A stretch of DNA of 64,000 nucleotides, taken from assembly GCF_001677475.2 (NCBI RefSeq), contig NZ_CP015229.1. The stretch is one strand, 5' to 3'. This stretch comes from Escherichia coli (GTDB lineage Bacteria; Pseudomonadota; Gammaproteobacteria; Enterobacterales; Enterobacteriaceae). The notes beneath the pieces are model-generated. The model did not search any database. It saw only the letters and a list, made by a program, of their open reading frames with translations, and was not told the DNA's origin. The first letter of the stretch is position 1. Every line of letters begins with the position of its first letter. Positions 8,896-21,894 of the stretch are shown here, in pieces. The position numbers and the translations under genes are program-made.

Positions 8896-11800
8896 TGCAG
8901 GTGTTACCCCCGAGCAGCACAGGCGGCCCGTCGCGCCTGTTTATTATGCGTCCTGTCGCCACCACGCTGCTGATGGTGGCGATCTTACTCGCCGGGATTA
9001 TCGGTTATCGCGCCCTGCCCGTTTCGGCGCTGCCGGAAGTGGACTATCCGACCATTCAGGTGGTCACGCTCTACCCAGGTGCCAGCCCGGATGTCATGAC
9101 CTCTGCCGTTACCGCGCCGCTCGAACGCCAGTTCGGGCAGATGTCCGGCCTGAAACAGATGTCGTCGCAAAGTTCCGGCGGTGCGTCAGTTATCACTTTG
9201 CAGTTCCAGCTAACATTACCGCTCGATGTCGCCGAGCAGGAAGTGCAGGCCGCGATTAACGCTGCGACCAACTTGTTGCCGAGCGATCTGCCTAACCCGC
9301 CGGTTTACAGCAAAGTGAACCCGGCAGATCCGCCGATCATGACGCTCGCCGTCACCTCAACCGCCATGCCGATGACGCAAGTGGAAGATATGGTGGAAAC
9401 CCGCGTCGCGCAGAAAATCTCGCAGATTTCCGGTGTCGGCCTGGTGACGCTTTCCGGCGGGCAGCGTCCGGCTGTTCGCGTCAAACTTAACGCTCAGGCG
9501 ATTGCCGCCCTCGGCCTGACCAGCGAAACCGTGCGCACCGCCATTACCGGCGCTAACGTCAACTCGGCAAAAGGTAGCCTCGACGGCCCTTCCCGTGCGG
9601 TCACGCTTTCCGCGAACGACCAGATGCAATCCGCCGAAGAGTATCGCCAGCTGATCATCGCCTACCAGAACGGCGCACCGATTCGTCTGGGCGATGTCGC
9701 AACTGTAGAGCAAGGTGCAGAAAACAGCTGGCTCGGCGCGTGGGCGAACAAAGAACAGGCCATTGTGATGAATGTTCAGCGCCAGCCCAGTGCTAACATT
9801 ATCTCCACCGCCGACAGCATCCGGCAGATGCTGCCACAGCTCACCGAAAGTCTGCCGAAATCGGTGAAGGTAACGGTACTTTCTGACCGCACCACCAATA
9901 TTCGCGCATCCGTCGATGATACTCAGTTTGAATTGATGATGGCTATCGCGCTGGTAGTCATGATTATCTACCTGTTTTTACGCAATATTCCGGCGACCAT
10001 CATTCCCGGTGTTGCCGTGCCGCTGTCGTTAATCGGCACTTTTGCGGTTATGGTGTTTCTCGATTTTTCAATCAATAACCTGACGCTGATGGCGTTAACT
10101 ATCGCCACCGGATTCGTGGTCGATGACGCCATCGTGGTGATCGAAAACATTTCCCGCTATATCGAAAAAGGCGAAAAACCGCTGGCGGCGGCGCTCAAAG
10201 GCGCGGGTGAGATCGGCTTTACCATTATCTCGCTGACCTTCTCGCTGATTGCGGTGTTGATCCCACTGCTGTTTATGGGCGATATCGTCGGGCGATTGTT
10301 CCGCGAATTTGCTATTACTCTGGCGGTAGCGATTTTGATCTCAGCGGTGGTGTCGCTGACCCTGACACCGATGATGTGCGCGCGGATGCTCAGCCAGGAG
10401 TCGTTGCGTAAACAGAACCGCTTCTCCCGTGCCTCGGAAAAAATGTTCGACAGGATAATCGCCGCCTATGGTCGTGGACTGGCGAAAGTGCTGAATCATC
10501 CGTGGCTGACCTTAAGCGTGGCGCTCAGCACGCTGCTGCTTAGCGTACTGCTGTGGGTGTTCATTCCGAAAGGTTTCTTCCCGGTACAGGACAACGGCAT
10601 TATTCAGGGCACCTTGCAGGCACCGCAATCCAGCTCCTTTGCCAATATGGCCCAGCGGCAACGCCAGGTCGCGGATGTGATTTTACAAGATCCGGCAGTG
10701 CAAAGCCTGACCTCATTTGTTGGCGTTGATGGCACTAACCCGTCGCTGAACAGTGCGCGTTTACAGATCAACCTCAAACCGTTGGATGAACGTGATGATC
10801 GGGTGCAAAAAGTCATCACCCGTCTGCAAACGGCGGTGGATAAAGTGCCGGGCGTCGATCTCTTCTTGCAACCAACGCAGGACCTGACCATCGATACTCA
10901 GGTCAGCCGCACCCAGTACCAGTTTACCTTGCAGGCCACGTCACTGGATGCGCTCAGTACCTGGGTGCCGCAGCTCATGGAAAAACTCCAGCAATTGCCA
11001 CAGCTTTCTGATGTCTCCAGCGACTGGCAGGACAAAGGGCTGGTGGCGTATGTCAATGTTGATCGCGACAGCGCCAGCCGTCTGGGGATCAGCATGGCGG
11101 ATGTCGATAACGCCCTGTACAACGCGTTTGGTCAGCGACTGATTTCCACTATTTATACTCAGGCTAACCAGTATCGCGTGGTGCTGGAACACAACACCGA
11201 AAATACCCCAGGCCTCGCGGCGCTGGATACCATTCGCCTGACCAGCAGCGACGGTGGCGTGGTGCCGTTAAGCTCAATTGCCAAAATTGAGCAGCGTTTT
11301 GCGCCACTTTCCATCAACCATCTGGATCAGTTCCCGGTAACGACCATCTCCTTTAACGTGCCGGATAACTATTCGCTGGGCGATGCGGTGCAGGCGATTA
11401 TGGACACCGAAAAGACGCTGAATCTACCGGTGGATATCACCACGCAGTTCCAGGGCAGCACCCTCGCCTTCCAGTCGGCGCTTGGCAGCACTGTCTGGCT
11501 GATTGTCGCGGCGGTGGTGGCGATGTATATCGTGCTCGGCATTCTGTACGAGAGCTTTATTCACCCGATCACCATTCTCTCGACGCTACCCACCGCAGGG
11601 GTCGGCGCGCTGCTGGCATTAATGATTGCCGGTAGCGAACTGGATGTGATTGCGATTATCGGCATTATTTTGCTGATCGGTATCGTGAAGAAGAACGCCA
11701 TCATGATGATCGACTTCGCGCTGGCTGCTGAGCGTGAGCAAGGCATGTCGCCGCGCGATGCAATCTACCAGGCTTGTCTGTTGCGTTTTCGTCCGATCCT

Positions 11801-12017
11801 GATGACCACTCTGGCGGCACTGCTTGGCGCGCTGCCGCTGATGTTGAGTACCGGGGTCGGCGCGGAACTGCGTCGTCCGTTAGGTATCGGCATGGTCGGC
11901 GGTCTGATTGTCAGCCAGGTGCTGACGCTGTTTACCACGCCGGTGATTTATTTGCTGTTCGACCGCCTGGCATTGTGGACCAAAAGCCGCTTTGCCCGTC
12001 ATGAAGAGGAGGCGTAA
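8895..12017 (+). CDS. mdtB: RND multidrug efflux transporter subunit
   Basis: 1040-aa ORF with 12-TM RND architecture; follows mdtA with ATGA-type overlap. Confidence 0.9.
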   Translation: MQVLPPSSTGGPSRLFIMRPVATTLLMVAILLAGIIGYRALPVSALPEVDYPTIQVVTLYPGASPDVMTSAVTAPLERQFGQMSGLKQMSSQSSGGASVITLQFQLTLPLDVAEQEVQAAINAATNLLPSDLPNPPVYSKVNPADPPIMTLAVTSTAMPMTQVEDMVETRVAQKISQISGVGLVTLSGGQRPAVRVKLNAQAIAALGLTSETVRTAITGANVNSAKGSLDGPSRAVTLSANDQMQSAEEYRQLIIAYQNGAPIRLGDVATVEQGAENSWLGAWANKEQAIVMNVQRQPSANIISTADSIRQMLPQLTESLPKSVKVTVLSDRTTNIRASVDDTQFELMMAIALVVMIIYLFLRNIPATIIPGVAVPLSLIGTFAVMVFLDFSINNLTLMALTIATGFVVDDAIVVIENISRYIEKGEKPLAAALKGAGEIGFTIISLTFSLIAVLIPLLFMGDIVGRLFREFAITLAVAILISAVVSLTLTPMMCARMLSQESLRKQNRFSRASEKMFDRIIAAYGRGLAKVLNHPWLTLSVALSTLLLSVLLWVFIPKGFFPVQDNGIIQGTLQAPQSSSFANMAQRQRQVADVILQDPAVQSLTSFVGVDGTNPSLNSARLQINLKPLDERDDRVQKVITRLQTAVDKVPGVDLFLQPTQDLTIDTQVSRTQYQFTLQATSLDALSTWVPQLMEKLQQLPQLSDVSSDWQDKGLVAYVNVDRDSASRLGISMADVDNALYNAFGQRLISTIYTQANQYRVVLEHNTENTPGLAALDTIRLTSSDGGVVPLSSIAKIEQRFAPLSINHLDQFPVTTISFNVPDNYSLGDAVQAIMDTEKTLNLPVDITTQFQGSTLAFQSALGSTVWLIVAAVVAMYIVLGILYESFIHPITILSTLPTAGVGALLALMIAGSELDVIAIIGIILLIGIVKKNAIMMIDFALAAEREQGMSPRDAIYQACLLRFRPILMTTLAALLGALPLMLSTGVGAELRRPLGIGMVGGLIVSQVLTLFTTPVIYLLFDRLALWTKSRFARHEEEA

Positions 12018-15000
12018 GTGAAGTTTTTTGCCCTCTTCATTTACCGCCCGGTGGCGACGATTTTACTGTCGGTCGCCATTACCCTTTGCGGCATACTGGG
12101 CTTCCGTATGCTGCCGGTCGCCCCGCTGCCGCAGGTCGATTTTCCGGTGATTATGGTCAGCGCCTCGCTGCCCGGTGCGTCACCTGAAACAATGGCGTCT
12201 TCCGTTGCCACGCCGCTGGAGCGCTCACTTGGGCGCATTGCCGGAGTCAGCGAAATGACCTCCAGCAGTTCGCTCGGCAGCACGCGGATTATTTTGCAGT
12301 TTGATTTTGACCGGGATATCAACGGCGCAGCGCGTGATGTGCAGGCGGCGATCAACGCTGCACAAAGTTTGCTGCCCAGCGGGATGCCAAGCCGTCCGAC
12401 CTATCGCAAAGCGAACCCGTCGGATGCGCCAATTATGATCCTGACGCTAACCTCCGATACTTATTCGCAAGGTGAACTGTACGATTTCGCCTCAACACAG
12501 CTTGCCCCGACGATTGCGCAAATCGACGGTGTCGGTGATGTCGATGTTGGCGGCAGCTCGCTGCCCGCCGTGCGCGTCGGGCTGAATCCGCAGGCGCTGT
12601 TTAATCAGGGCGTATCGCTGGACGACGTACGCACTGCCATCAGCAATGCCAACGTGCGTAAACCGCAGGGGGCGCTGGAAGATGGCACTCACCGCTGGCA
12701 GATCCAGACCAATGATGAGCTAAAAACCGCCGCTGAATATCAGCCGTTGATTATTCATTACAACAACGGCGGCGCGGTTCGTCTGGGTGATGTGGCGACG
12801 GTGACAGACTCGGTGCAGGATGTGCGCAACGCCGGGATGACCAACGCCAAACCGGCTATTTTGCTGATGATCCGCAAGCTGCCGGAAGCCAATATTATCC
12901 AGACGGTTGACAGCATCCGGGCAAAATTACCGGAGTTGCAGGAGACCATTCCGGCGGCGATTGATCTGCAAATTGCCCAGGATCGCTCCCCCACCATTCG
13001 CGCCTCGCTGGAAGAAGTCGAGCAAACGCTGATTATCTCGGTGGCGCTGGTGATTCTGGTGGTGTTTTTATTCCTGCGCTCGGGTCGCGCCACTATTATT
13101 CCCGCCGTTGCGGTGCCGGTTTCGCTGATTGGTACGTTTGCGGCGATGTACCTGTGCGGTTTCAGTCTCAATAATCTTTCGTTAATGGCGCTCACCATCG
13201 CTACTGGTTTCGTGGTGGATGACGCCATCGTAGTGCTGGAAAACATTGCCCGTCATCTGGAAGCGGGGATGAAACCGCTACAGGCCGCGCTGCAAGGCAC
13301 CCGTGAAGTCGGATTTACGGTGCTGTCGATGAGTCTGTCACTGGTGGCGGTGTTCCTGCCGCTGCTGTTGATGGGCGGATTGCCGGGCCGACTGTTACGC
13401 GAATTTGCCGTGACGCTTTCAGTCGCCATTGGGATTTCGTTGCTGGTTTCCCTCACGCTAACGCCGATGATGTGCGGCTGGATGCTAAAAGCCAGCAAGC
13501 CGCGCGAGCAAAAGCGACTGCGTGGTTTTGGTCGCATGTTGGTAGCCCTGCAACAAGGCTATGGCAAGTCGCTGAAATGGGTGCTCAATCATACCCGTCT
13601 GGTTGGCGTGGTGCTGCTTGGCACCATTGCGCTGAATATCTGGCTATATATCTCGATCCCGAAAACCTTCTTCCCGGAGCAGGACACCGGCGTGTTGATG
13701 GGCGGGATACAGGCGGATCAGAGTATTTCGTTTCAGGCAATGCGCGGCAAATTGCAGGATTTCATGAAAATTATCCGTGACGATCCGGCAGTGGATAATG
13801 TCACCGGATTTACCGGCGGTTCGCGAGTGAACAGCGGGATGATGTTTATCACCCTCAAGCCACGCGACGAACGCAGCGAAACGGCGCAGCAAATTATCGA
13901 CCGTCTGCGGGTGAAGCTGGCGAAAGAACCGGGGGCGAATCTGTTCCTGATGGCGGTACAGGATATTCGCGTTGGTGGGCGTCAGTCGAACGCCAGCTAC
14001 CAGTACACGTTGTTATCCGACGACCTGGCGGCACTGCGCGAATGGGAGCCGAAAATCCGCAAAAAACTGGCGACGTTGCCAGAATTGGCGGACGTGAACT
14101 CCGATCAGCAGGATAACGGCGCGGAGATGAATCTGGTTTACGATCGCGACACCATGGCGCGGCTGGGAATCGACGTGCAGGCCGCCAACAGCCTGTTAAA
14201 TAACGCCTTCGGTCAGCGGCAAATCTCGACCATTTACCAGCCGATGAACCAGTACAAAGTGGTGATGGAAGTGGATCCGCGCTATACCCAGGACATCAGC
14301 GCGCTGGAAAAAATGTTCGTTATCAATAACGAAGGAAAAGCGATCCCACTGTCGTATTTCGCTAAATGGCAACCGGCGAATGCCCCGCTGTCGGTGAATC
14401 ATCAGGGATTATCGGCGGCCTCGACCATCTCGTTCAACCTGCCGACCGGAAAATCGCTCTCGGACGCCAGTGCGGCGATCGATCGCGCAATGACCCAGCT
14501 TGGTGTGCCTTCGACGGTGCGCGGCAGTTTTGCCGGAACAGCGCAGGTGTTCCAGGAGACGATGAACTCACAGGTGATCCTGATTATCGCCGCCATCGCC
14601 ACGGTCTATATCGTGCTGGGTATCCTTTACGAGAGTTACGTACATCCGTTGACGATTCTCTCCACCCTGCCCTCGGCGGGCGTTGGGGCGCTGTTGGCGC
14701 TGGAGCTGTTCAATGCCCCGTTCAGCCTAATCGCCCTAATAGGGATCATGCTATTAATCGGCATCGTGAAGAAAAACGCCATTATGATGGTCGATTTTGC
14801 GCTTGAAGCCCAACGGCACGGTAACCTCACGCCGCAGGAAGCTATTTTCCAGGCCTGTCTGCTGCGTTTTCGCCCGATTATGATGACTACCCTGGCGGCG
14901 CTGTTTGGCGCGCTGCCGCTGGTATTGTCGGGCGGTGACGGTTCGGAGCTGCGGCAACCCCTGGGGATCACCATTGTCGGCGGTCTGGTAATGAGCCAGC

Positions 15001-15095
15001 TTCTGACGCTGTATACCACACCGGTGGTGTATCTCTTTTTCGACCGTCTGCGGCTGCGTTTTTCGCGTAAACCTAAACAAACGGTAACCGAGTAA
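12018..15095 (+). CDS. mdtC: RND multidrug efflux transporter subunit
   Basis: 1025-aa ORF, paralogous to mdtB, immediately adjacent (GTG start at 12018). Confidence 0.9.
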   Translation: MKFFALFIYRPVATILLSVAITLCGILGFRMLPVAPLPQVDFPVIMVSASLPGASPETMASSVATPLERSLGRIAGVSEMTSSSSLGSTRIILQFDFDRDINGAARDVQAAINAAQSLLPSGMPSRPTYRKANPSDAPIMILTLTSDTYSQGELYDFASTQLAPTIAQIDGVGDVDVGGSSLPAVRVGLNPQALFNQGVSLDDVRTAISNANVRKPQGALEDGTHRWQIQTNDELKTAAEYQPLIIHYNNGGAVRLGDVATVTDSVQDVRNAGMTNAKPAILLMIRKLPEANIIQTVDSIRAKLPELQETIPAAIDLQIAQDRSPTIRASLEEVEQTLIISVALVILVVFLFLRSGRATIIPAVAVPVSLIGTFAAMYLCGFSLNNLSLMALTIATGFVVDDAIVVLENIARHLEAGMKPLQAALQGTREVGFTVLSMSLSLVAVFLPLLLMGGLPGRLLREFAVTLSVAIGISLLVSLTLTPMMCGWMLKASKPREQKRLRGFGRMLVALQQGYGKSLKWVLNHTRLVGVVLLGTIALNIWLYISIPKTFFPEQDTGVLMGGIQADQSISFQAMRGKLQDFMKIIRDDPAVDNVTGFTGGSRVNSGMMFITLKPRDERSETAQQIIDRLRVKLAKEPGANLFLMAVQDIRVGGRQSNASYQYTLLSDDLAALREWEPKIRKKLATLPELADVNSDQQDNGAEMNLVYDRDTMARLGIDVQAANSLLNNAFGQRQISTIYQPMNQYKVVMEVDPRYTQDISALEKMFVINNEGKAIPLSYFAKWQPANAPLSVNHQGLSAASTISFNLPTGKSLSDASAAIDRAMTQLGVPSTVRGSFAGTAQVFQETMNSQVILIIAAIATVYIVLGILYESYVHPLTILSTLPSAGVGALLALELFNAPFSLIALIGIMLLIGIVKKNAIMMVDFALEAQRHGNLTPQEAIFQACLLRFRPIMMTTLAALFGALPLVLSGGDGSELRQPLGITIVGGLVMSQLLTLYTTPVVYLFFDRLRLRFSRKPKQTVTE

Positions 15096-16511
15096 ATGAC
15101 AGATCTTCCCGACAGCACCCGCTGGCAATTGTGGATTGTGGCTTTCGGCTTCTTTATGCAGTCGCTGGACACCACCATCGTAAACACTGCCCTTCCCTCA
15201 ATGGCACAAAGCCTCGGGGAAAGTCCGTTGCATATGCACATGGTCATTGTCTCTTATGTACTGACCGTGGCGGTGATGCTGCCCGCCAGCGGCTGGCTGG
15301 CGGACAAAGTCGGCGTGCGCAATATTTTCTTTACCGCCATCGTGCTGTTTACTCTCGGTTCACTGTTTTGCGCGCTTTCCGGCACGCTGAACGAACTGTT
15401 GCTGGCACGCGCGTTACAGGGCGTTGGCGGTGCGATGATGGTGCCGGTCGGCAGGTTAACGGTGATGAAAATCGTACCGCGCGAGCAATATATGGCGGCA
15501 ATGACCTTTGTCACGTTACCCGGTCAGGTCGGTCCGCTGCTCGGTCCGGCGCTCGGCGGTCTGCTGGTGGAATACGCGTCGTGGCACTGGATCTTTTTGA
15601 TCAACATTCCGGTGGGAATTATCGGTGCGATCGCCACATTGATGTTAATGCCGAACTACACCATGCAGACGCGGCGCTTTGATCTTTCCGGCTTTTTATT
15701 GCTGGCGGTTGGCATGGCGGTATTAACCCTGGCGCTGGACGGCAGTAAAGGTACAGGTTTATCGCCGCTGGCGATTGCTGGCCTGGTCGCAGTTGGCGTG
15801 GTGGCACTGGTGCTTTATCTGCTGCACGCCAGAAATAACAACCGCGCCCTGTTCAGTCTGAAACTGTTCCGTACTCGTTCCTTTTCGCTGGGCCTGGCGG
15901 GGAGTTTTGCCGGACGTATTGGCAGTGGCATGTTGCCCTTTATGACACCGGTTTTCCTGCAAATTGGCCTTGGCTTCTCACCGTTTCATGCCGGACTGAT
16001 GATGATCCCGATGGTGCTTGGCAGCATGGGAATGAAGCGAATTGTTGTTCAGGTGGTGAATCGCTTTGGCTACCGTCGGGTACTGGTAGCGACCACGCTG
16101 GGTCTGTCGCTGGTCACCCTGTTGTTTATGACTACCGCTCTGTTGGGCTGGTACTACGTTTTGCCGTTCGTCCTGTTTTTACAAGGGATGGTCAACTCGA
16201 CCCGTTTCTCCTCCATGAACACCCTGACGCTGAAAGATCTCCCGGACAATCTGGCGAGCAGCGGCAACAGTCTGCTGTCGATGATTATGCAATTGTCGAT
16301 GAGTATCGGCGTCACAATCGCCGGGCTGTTGCTGGGACTTTTTGGTTCGCAGCATGTCAGCGTCGACAGCGGCACCACACAAACCGTCTTTATGTACACC
16401 TGGCTTAGCATGGCGTTTATCATCGCCCTTCCGGCGTTCATCTTTGCCAGAGTGCCGAACGATACGCATCAAAATGTAGCTATTTCGCGGCGAAAAAGGA
16501 GCGCGCAATGA
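15096..16511 (+). CDS. mdtD: MFS-family transporter
   Basis: 471-aa ORF with multiple hydrophobic segments, directly downstream of mdtC. Confidence 0.85.
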   Translation: MTDLPDSTRWQLWIVAFGFFMQSLDTTIVNTALPSMAQSLGESPLHMHMVIVSYVLTVAVMLPASGWLADKVGVRNIFFTAIVLFTLGSLFCALSGTLNELLLARALQGVGGAMMVPVGRLTVMKIVPREQYMAAMTFVTLPGQVGPLLGPALGGLLVEYASWHWIFLINIPVGIIGAIATLMLMPNYTMQTRRFDLSGFLLLAVGMAVLTLALDGSKGTGLSPLAIAGLVAVGVVALVLYLLHARNNNRALFSLKLFRTRSFSLGLAGSFAGRIGSGMLPFMTPVFLQIGLGFSPFHAGLMMIPMVLGSMGMKRIVVQVVNRFGYRRVLVATTLGLSLVTLLFMTTALLGWYYVLPFVLFLQGMVNSTRFSSMNTLTLKDLPDNLASSGNSLLSMIMQLSMSIGVTIAGLLLGLFGSQHVSVDSGTTQTVFMYTWLSMAFIIALPAFIFARVPNDTHQNVAISRRKRSAQ

Positions 16512-17911
16512 AGTTTTGGCGACCCGGTATTACCGGCAAACTGTTTCTGGCGATTTTCGCCACCTGCATTGTCTTGCTGATCAGTATGCACTGGGCGGTG
16601 CGTATCAGTTTTGAGCGTGGCTTTATTGATTACATCAAGCATGGTAATGAACAGCGATTACAACTGTTAAGTGATGCGCTTGGCGAGCAGTATGCGCAAC
16701 ATGGCAACTGGCGCTTCCTGCGCAACAATGATCGCTTTGTCTTTCAGATCCTGCGTTCATTTGAACACGATAATTCGGAAGATAAACCCGGCCCGGGTAT
16801 GCCACCACACGGCTGGCGTACTCAGTTCTGGGTGGTTGATCAAAACAACAAAGTGCTGGTTGGTCCGCGAGCGCCGATTCCACCTGACGGTACACGGCGA
16901 CCCATTCTGGTCAACGGTGCGGAAGTGGGCGCGGTGATTGCCTCCCCCGTTGAGCGGCTGACCCGCAATACTGATATCAATTTCGATAAACAACAACGGC
17001 AAACCAGCTGGCTGATTGTCGCCCTGGCAACGTTACTCGCGGCACTCGCCACTTTTCTGCTGGCGCGCGGTTTGCTGGCACCGGTAAAACGACTTGTCGA
17101 TGGCACGCACAAACTGGCGGCAGGCGATTTCACTACCCGCGTAACGCCCACCAGTGAAGATGAACTGGGCAAACTGGCGCAAGACTTCAACCAGCTTGCC
17201 AGCACGCTGGAGAAAAACCAGCAAATGCGGCGCGATTTTATGGCCGATATTTCTCACGAACTGCGTACGCCATTAGCGGTGCTGCGCGGTGAACTGGAAG
17301 CCATTCAGGATGGCGTGCGCAAATTCACGCCGGAGACGGTGGCGTCTTTACAGGCGGAGGTCGGTACACTGACCAAACTGGTTGACGATCTTCATCAGTT
17401 GTCGATGTCTGATGAAGGCGCTCTCGCCTATCAAAAAGCACCGGTAGATTTGATCCCACTGCTGGAAGTGGCGGGCGGCGCATTTCGCGAACGATTTGCC
17501 AGCCGTGGCCTGAAACTGCAATTTTCCCTGCCAGACAGTATCACCGTATTTGGCGATCGCGACCGTTTAATGCAGTTATTCAATAACTTACTTGAAAACA
17601 GCCTGCGCTACACTGACAGCGGCGGCAGCCTGAAAATCTCTGCCGAGCAGCACGACAAAACGGTGCGCCTGACCTTTGCCGACAGTGCGCCAGGTGTCAG
17701 TGACGATCAGCTACAAAAATTGTTTGAACGTTTTTATCGCACCGAAGGTTCCCGCAACCGCGCCAGCGGCGGTTCCGGGCTGGGGCTGGCGATTTGCCTG
17801 AACATTGTTGAAGCACATAATGGCCGCATTATTGCTGCCCATTCGCCTTTTGGCGGGGTAAGCATTACAGTAGAGTTACCGCTGGAACGGGATTTACAGA
17901 GAGAAGTATGA
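16508..17911 (+). CDS. baeS: Envelope-stress sensor histidine kinase
   Basis: 467-aa ORF with H-box [13 protein letters not shown] region and GSGLGLAI G2 box; overlaps mdtD stop. Confidence 0.9.
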
Positions 17912-18630
17912 CCGAGTTACCAATCGACGAAAACACACCGCGTATTTTGATCGTGGAAGATGAACCGAAGCTGGGGCAGTTGCTCATTGATTATCTGCGT
18001 GCTGCGAGCTATGCGCCGACGCTTATCAGCCACGGCGATCAGGTACTGCCGTATGTGCGCCAGACACCACCGGATCTGATCCTGTTGGATCTGATGCTCC
18101 CTGGCACCGATGGCTTGACGCTGTGCCGGGAAATTCGTCGTTTTTCTGACATTCCTATCGTGATGGTGACGGCAAAAATCGAAGAGATCGACCGCCTGCT
18201 CGGACTGGAGATTGGCGCAGATGATTATATCTGTAAGCCGTACAGCCCACGGGAAGTGGTAGCGCGCGTCAAAACCATTTTGCGCCGTTGCAAACCGCAG
18301 CGCGAGTTGCAGCAACAGGATGCTGAAAGCCCGTTGATTATCGACGAAGGTCGTTTTCAGGCTTCATGGCGTGGTAAAATGCTTGACCTGACGCCTGCGG
18401 AATTTCGTCTGCTGAAAACGCTCTCTCATGAACCAGGAAAAGTGTTCTCCCGCGAGCAATTGCTCAATCATCTTTATGACGACTACCGCGTAGTAACCGA
18501 CCGCACCATCGACAGCCACATTAAAAACCTGCGCCGCAAGCTGGAATCTCTCGACGCCGAACAGTCATTTATCCGCGCCGTTTACGGCGTTGGTTACCGC
18601 TGGGAAGCCGACGCCTGCCGCATCGTTTAG
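17908..18630 (+). CDS. baeR: OmpR-family response regulator
   Basis: 240-aa ORF with receiver domain ([18 protein letters not shown]) and winged-helix C-terminus; overlaps baeS stop. Confidence 0.9.
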
Positions 18631-18820
18631 TTTTAGCGACATTACTTTGTTAGCCGGAGATGGCGTTCAGACCAGATCCGGCAACATTATCCCACGCATG
18701 GTCAGCAAACTGACATTATCTCTCCGCCCTGGCAGGTATCAGAAAATCGCTCATACTTTAATCGGTAAACAGCACCTTTAGATGCTGTTTTCGATACGCA
18801 ATTTCAATCAAGGAGTCATT

Positions 18821-19153
18821 ATGGCTGGTTGGTTTGAACTCAGTAAGAGCAGTGATAATCAGTTCCGGTTTGTGCTAAAAGCGGGCAATGGTGAGACTAT
18901 CCTCACCAGCGAGCTGTATACCTCAAAAGCCTCTGCGGAAAAGGGCATTGCGTCGGTGCGTAGCAACAGCCCGCAAGAAGAACGCTATGAGAAAAAAACG
19001 GCAAGCAACGGCAAATTCTATTTCAATCTGAAAGCCGCCAATCATCAAATTATCGGCTCCAGCCAGATGTACGCCACCGCGCAATCTCGTGAAACCGGAA
19101 TTGCCTCCGTTAAAGCCAATGGCACAAGCCAGACGGTGAAAGACAATACGTAA
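18821..19153 (+). CDS. yegP: Small duplicated-domain protein (DUF1508/UPF0339 family)
   Basis: Track ORF 18782..19153; ATG at 18821 preceded by AGGAG gives 110 aa starting MAGWFELSK; internal duplication (KASAEKGIASV / RETGIASV). Confidence 0.75.
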   Translation: MAGWFELSKSSDNQFRFVLKAGNGETILTSELYTSKASAEKGIASVRSNSPQEERYEKKTASNGKFYFNLKAANHQIIGSSQMYATAQSRETGIASVKANGTSQTVKDNT

Positions 19154-19299
19154 TTACGATGCCGGGCGTGGGTTGTTGGCGTCCGGCGCTTTACCAGATA
19201 CCCCCACAGCGCTACAATGCCCGCCCTTAAAGTGGGGGCACTCCCCTAACCGCTTCATCAGGTGAAGCGGATCTGACCTGTCATCAGAACGAGAGAATT

Positions 19300-20661
19300 A
19301 TGTTTAAACCGGAACTCCTTTCCCCGGCGGGAACGCTGAAAAATATGCGTTACGCTTTCGCTTATGGCGCAGATGCTGTTTATGCGGGCCAGCCGCGTTA
19401 CTCCCTGCGTGTGCGCAACAACGAATTCAACCACGAAAATCTTCAGCTCGGCATCAATGAAGCCCACGCGCTGGGGAAAAAGTTTTATGTCGTGGTCAAC
19501 ATTGCACCGCACAACGCCAAGCTGAAAACTTTTATCCGTGACCTGAAACCGGTGGTGGAAATGGGGCCGGATGCGCTGATTATGTCCGATCCAGGGCTGA
19601 TTATGCTGGTGCGTGAGCACTTCCCTGAAATGCCGATCCATCTCTCGGTACAGGCTAACGCCGTGAACTGGGCGACGGTGAAATTCTGGCAGCAAATGGG
19701 CCTGACCCGCGTGATCCTCTCTCGCGAGCTGTCGCTGGAAGAGATTGAAGAGATCCGCAATCAGGTGCCAGATATGGAGATCGAAATCTTCGTTCACGGC
19801 GCGCTGTGCATGGCCTACTCCGGTCGCTGCCTGCTCTCTGGCTATATCAACAAGCGCGACCCGAACCAGGGCACCTGCACCAACGCCTGCCGCTGGGAGT
19901 ACAACGTCCAGGAAGGGAAAGAAGATGACGTTGGCAACATCGTACACAAGTACGAGCCGATTCCGGTGCAAAATGTTGAGCCGACGCTGGGTATCGGCGC
20001 GCCAACCGACAAAGTGTTTATGATCGAAGAAGCCCAGCGTCCGGGCGAGTATATGACCGCGTTTGAAGATGAGCACGGCACTTACATCATGAACTCGAAA
20101 GATCTGCGCGCCATCGCCCATGTAGAACGCCTGACCAAAATGGGCGTGCATTCGCTGAAAATCGAAGGTCGTACCAAATCTTTCTACTATTGCGCACGCA
20201 CCGCGCAGGTTTACCGTAAAGCTATCGATGACGCCGCTGCGGGCAAACCGTTCGATACCAGCCTGCTGGAAACTCTGGAAGGTCTGGCGCATCGTGGCTA
20301 TACCGAAGGTTTCCTGCGTCGTCATACTCACGACGATTATCAGAACTACGAATACGGTTATTCAGTTTCTGACCGCCAGCAGTTTGTTGGTGAGTTTACC
20401 GGTGAGCGCAAGGGGGACCTCGCGGCGGTAGCGGTGAAAAATAAATTCTCCGTTGGCGACAGCCTGGAGCTGATGACGCCGCAAGGCAACATTAACTTTA
20501 CCCTTGAGCACATGGAAAACGCCAAAGGCGAAGCTATGCCGGTAGCACCAGGCGATGGTTATACTGTGTGGCTCCCGGTGCCGCAGGATCTTGAGCTAAA
20601 TTACGCGCTGCTGATGCGTAATTTCTCCGGGGAAACCACGCGTAACCCCCACGGTAAGTGA
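19300..20661 (+). CDS. yegQ: Peptidase U32-family protein (YegQ; TrhP tRNA U34 hydroxylation factor)
   Basis: 453-aa ORF; U32 family recognised by sequence and by position after yegP. Confidence 0.8.
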   Translation: MFKPELLSPAGTLKNMRYAFAYGADAVYAGQPRYSLRVRNNEFNHENLQLGINEAHALGKKFYVVVNIAPHNAKLKTFIRDLKPVVEMGPDALIMSDPGLIMLVREHFPEMPIHLSVQANAVNWATVKFWQQMGLTRVILSRELSLEEIEEIRNQVPDMEIEIFVHGALCMAYSGRCLLSGYINKRDPNQGTCTNACRWEYNVQEGKEDDVGNIVHKYEPIPVQNVEPTLGIGAPTDKVFMIEEAQRPGEYMTAFEDEHGTYIMNSKDLRAIAHVERLTKMGVHSLKIEGRTKSFYYCARTAQVYRKAIDDAAAGKPFDTSLLETLEGLAHRGYTEGFLRRHTHDDYQNYEYGYSVSDRQQFVGEFTGERKGDLAAVAVKNKFSVGDSLELMTPQGNINFTLEHMENAKGEAMPVAPGDGYTVWLPVPQDLELNYALLMRNFSGETTRNPHGK

Positions 20662-20695
20662 TTAATTTCGATTATTTTTCCCGGATGGAAAATTC

Positions 20696-20711
20696 TTAGA
20701 AACCGATCACA
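20696..20711 (+). promoter_or_regulatory. Putative CRP site upstream of cyaR
   Basis: TTAGAaaccgaTCACA resembles the CRP consensus TGTGA-N6-TCACA and is centred ~42 nt upstream of the cyaR 5' end; candidate -10 tatcat at 20733-20738. Weak left half-site. Confidence 0.4.
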
Positions 20712-20745
20712 TACAGCTGCATTTATTAAGGTTATCATCCGTTTC

Positions 20746-20832
20746 GCTGAAAAACATAACCCATAAAATGCTAGCTGTACCAGGAACCACCTCCTTAGCC
20801 TGTGTAATCTCCCTTACACGGGCTTATTTTTT
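20746..20832 (+). ncRNA. cyaR: CyaR (RyeE) Hfq-dependent sRNA
   Basis: gctgaaaaacataacccataaaatgctagctgtaccaggaaccacctccttagcctgtgtaatctcccttacacgggcttatttttt matches the CyaR sequence as I recall it, including the terminal hairpin and U-tail. Confidence 0.85.
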
Positions 20833-21160
20833 ATGCATAAGCCCTATCCCTGATAACCGTCTTCCATTGACCACATCGATAGAATCCCCCTTCATAGCAC
20901 GATGCCTTTCACTTAACGGCATCGTGCTCGCCCAGGTTCCGGCTACGCACGGCCAGAACGCGCATGTTTGACGCTTACCAAAAAATGAACCTAAAGCATT
21001 GGAATATTTTTGACATCATTTTCTGATGGCGGCATAGAATAAAAATTCTGCTTTAGTTTCATCTATCTGTTTGTCATTATTACTCACATTCAATAATGGT
21101 GTTGAAGAACATCTATCAGAGATAAAAATGAATGTGTCCATGGTAGTCTTGAATCTATTC

Positions 21161-21478
21161 TCACTCTCCACATTTGAATGTCAGACGAGCGACGCCATGT
21201 AATCCTGCACCTTCTGTCTTCAGGTCAACTATCTGCATTTTTTTGCCCTGAGTAACACAGAAATGGGCTGCATCATTTTTTACTATATTTTCTGCACCAG
21301 AAATTCTGCCCCTGGCTAAAGAAGCTTCGGCTTCGGTGTAGTATTGGTTATCGAGTTTACGCTGAATATTACTTTTATATGCAAGGCCAAATTTACCGAT
21401 ACTTGTCTCATCATTATGCACAGCACAACCAGACATAAGAAAAACACTAATTAATGATATAGCAGCTATCTTGTTCAC
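21161..21478 (-). CDS. yegR: Small lipoprotein YegR
   Basis: Track ORF 21161..21538; GTG at 21478 gives 105 aa starting VNKIAAISLISVFLMSGC (lipobox LMSGC). Start codon choice is inferred. Confidence 0.6.
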   Translation of the reverse strand: MNKIAAISLISVFLMSGCAVHNDETSIGKFGLAYKSNIQRKLDNQYYTEAEASLARGRISGAENIVKNDAAHFCVTQGKKMQIVDLKTEGAGLHGVARLTFKCGE

Positions 21479-21894
21479 CTCACCTTCCCCCATTAAATAC
21501 CAACGACACTCTCTAGTGTTTAAATATAATAATGGCATGATTATTATAATTGAATAGGATTATAATAAATATTCTGTACAACATTTCCTACATAAGTAGG
21601 AATTACGGACATGGAGGCCCTTCCGGGTAACTCCATGGGGGGCTTTAATATATTTTGAATAGTATATTGAAGATGCCACTGTTTAGTTGAATTATTAGGT
21701 ATATGCTCTTTTTTGAAATTTATCGGTAGCTGCCGTTAGTATTCGCTGTCCCCATTGCAAGCTCCTGGTGGTAACCACTGAATCCTCCATACTTGAACTG
21801 ACTTTTTATCCTCCGACTTTCATCCTGTTCTGACTCCACCTTTTCTTTTCTGCTCTACACTATCTACAGACCAATCATAAAGGCACATACGATC

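Noticed and set aside
12041-15247. Multiple antisense ORFs inside mdtB/mdtC/mdtD (e.g. 12758..13246 -, 14636..15247 -, 14754..15128 -)
   Set aside because: Shadow ORFs on the opposite strand of long GC-rich genes; no start-site context and fully embedded in well-supported coding sequence.
19258-20331. 357-aa minus-strand ORF overlapping yegQ
   Set aside because: Completely antisense to the well-supported yegQ coding region; low-complexity His/Arg-rich translation typical of a reverse-frame artefact.
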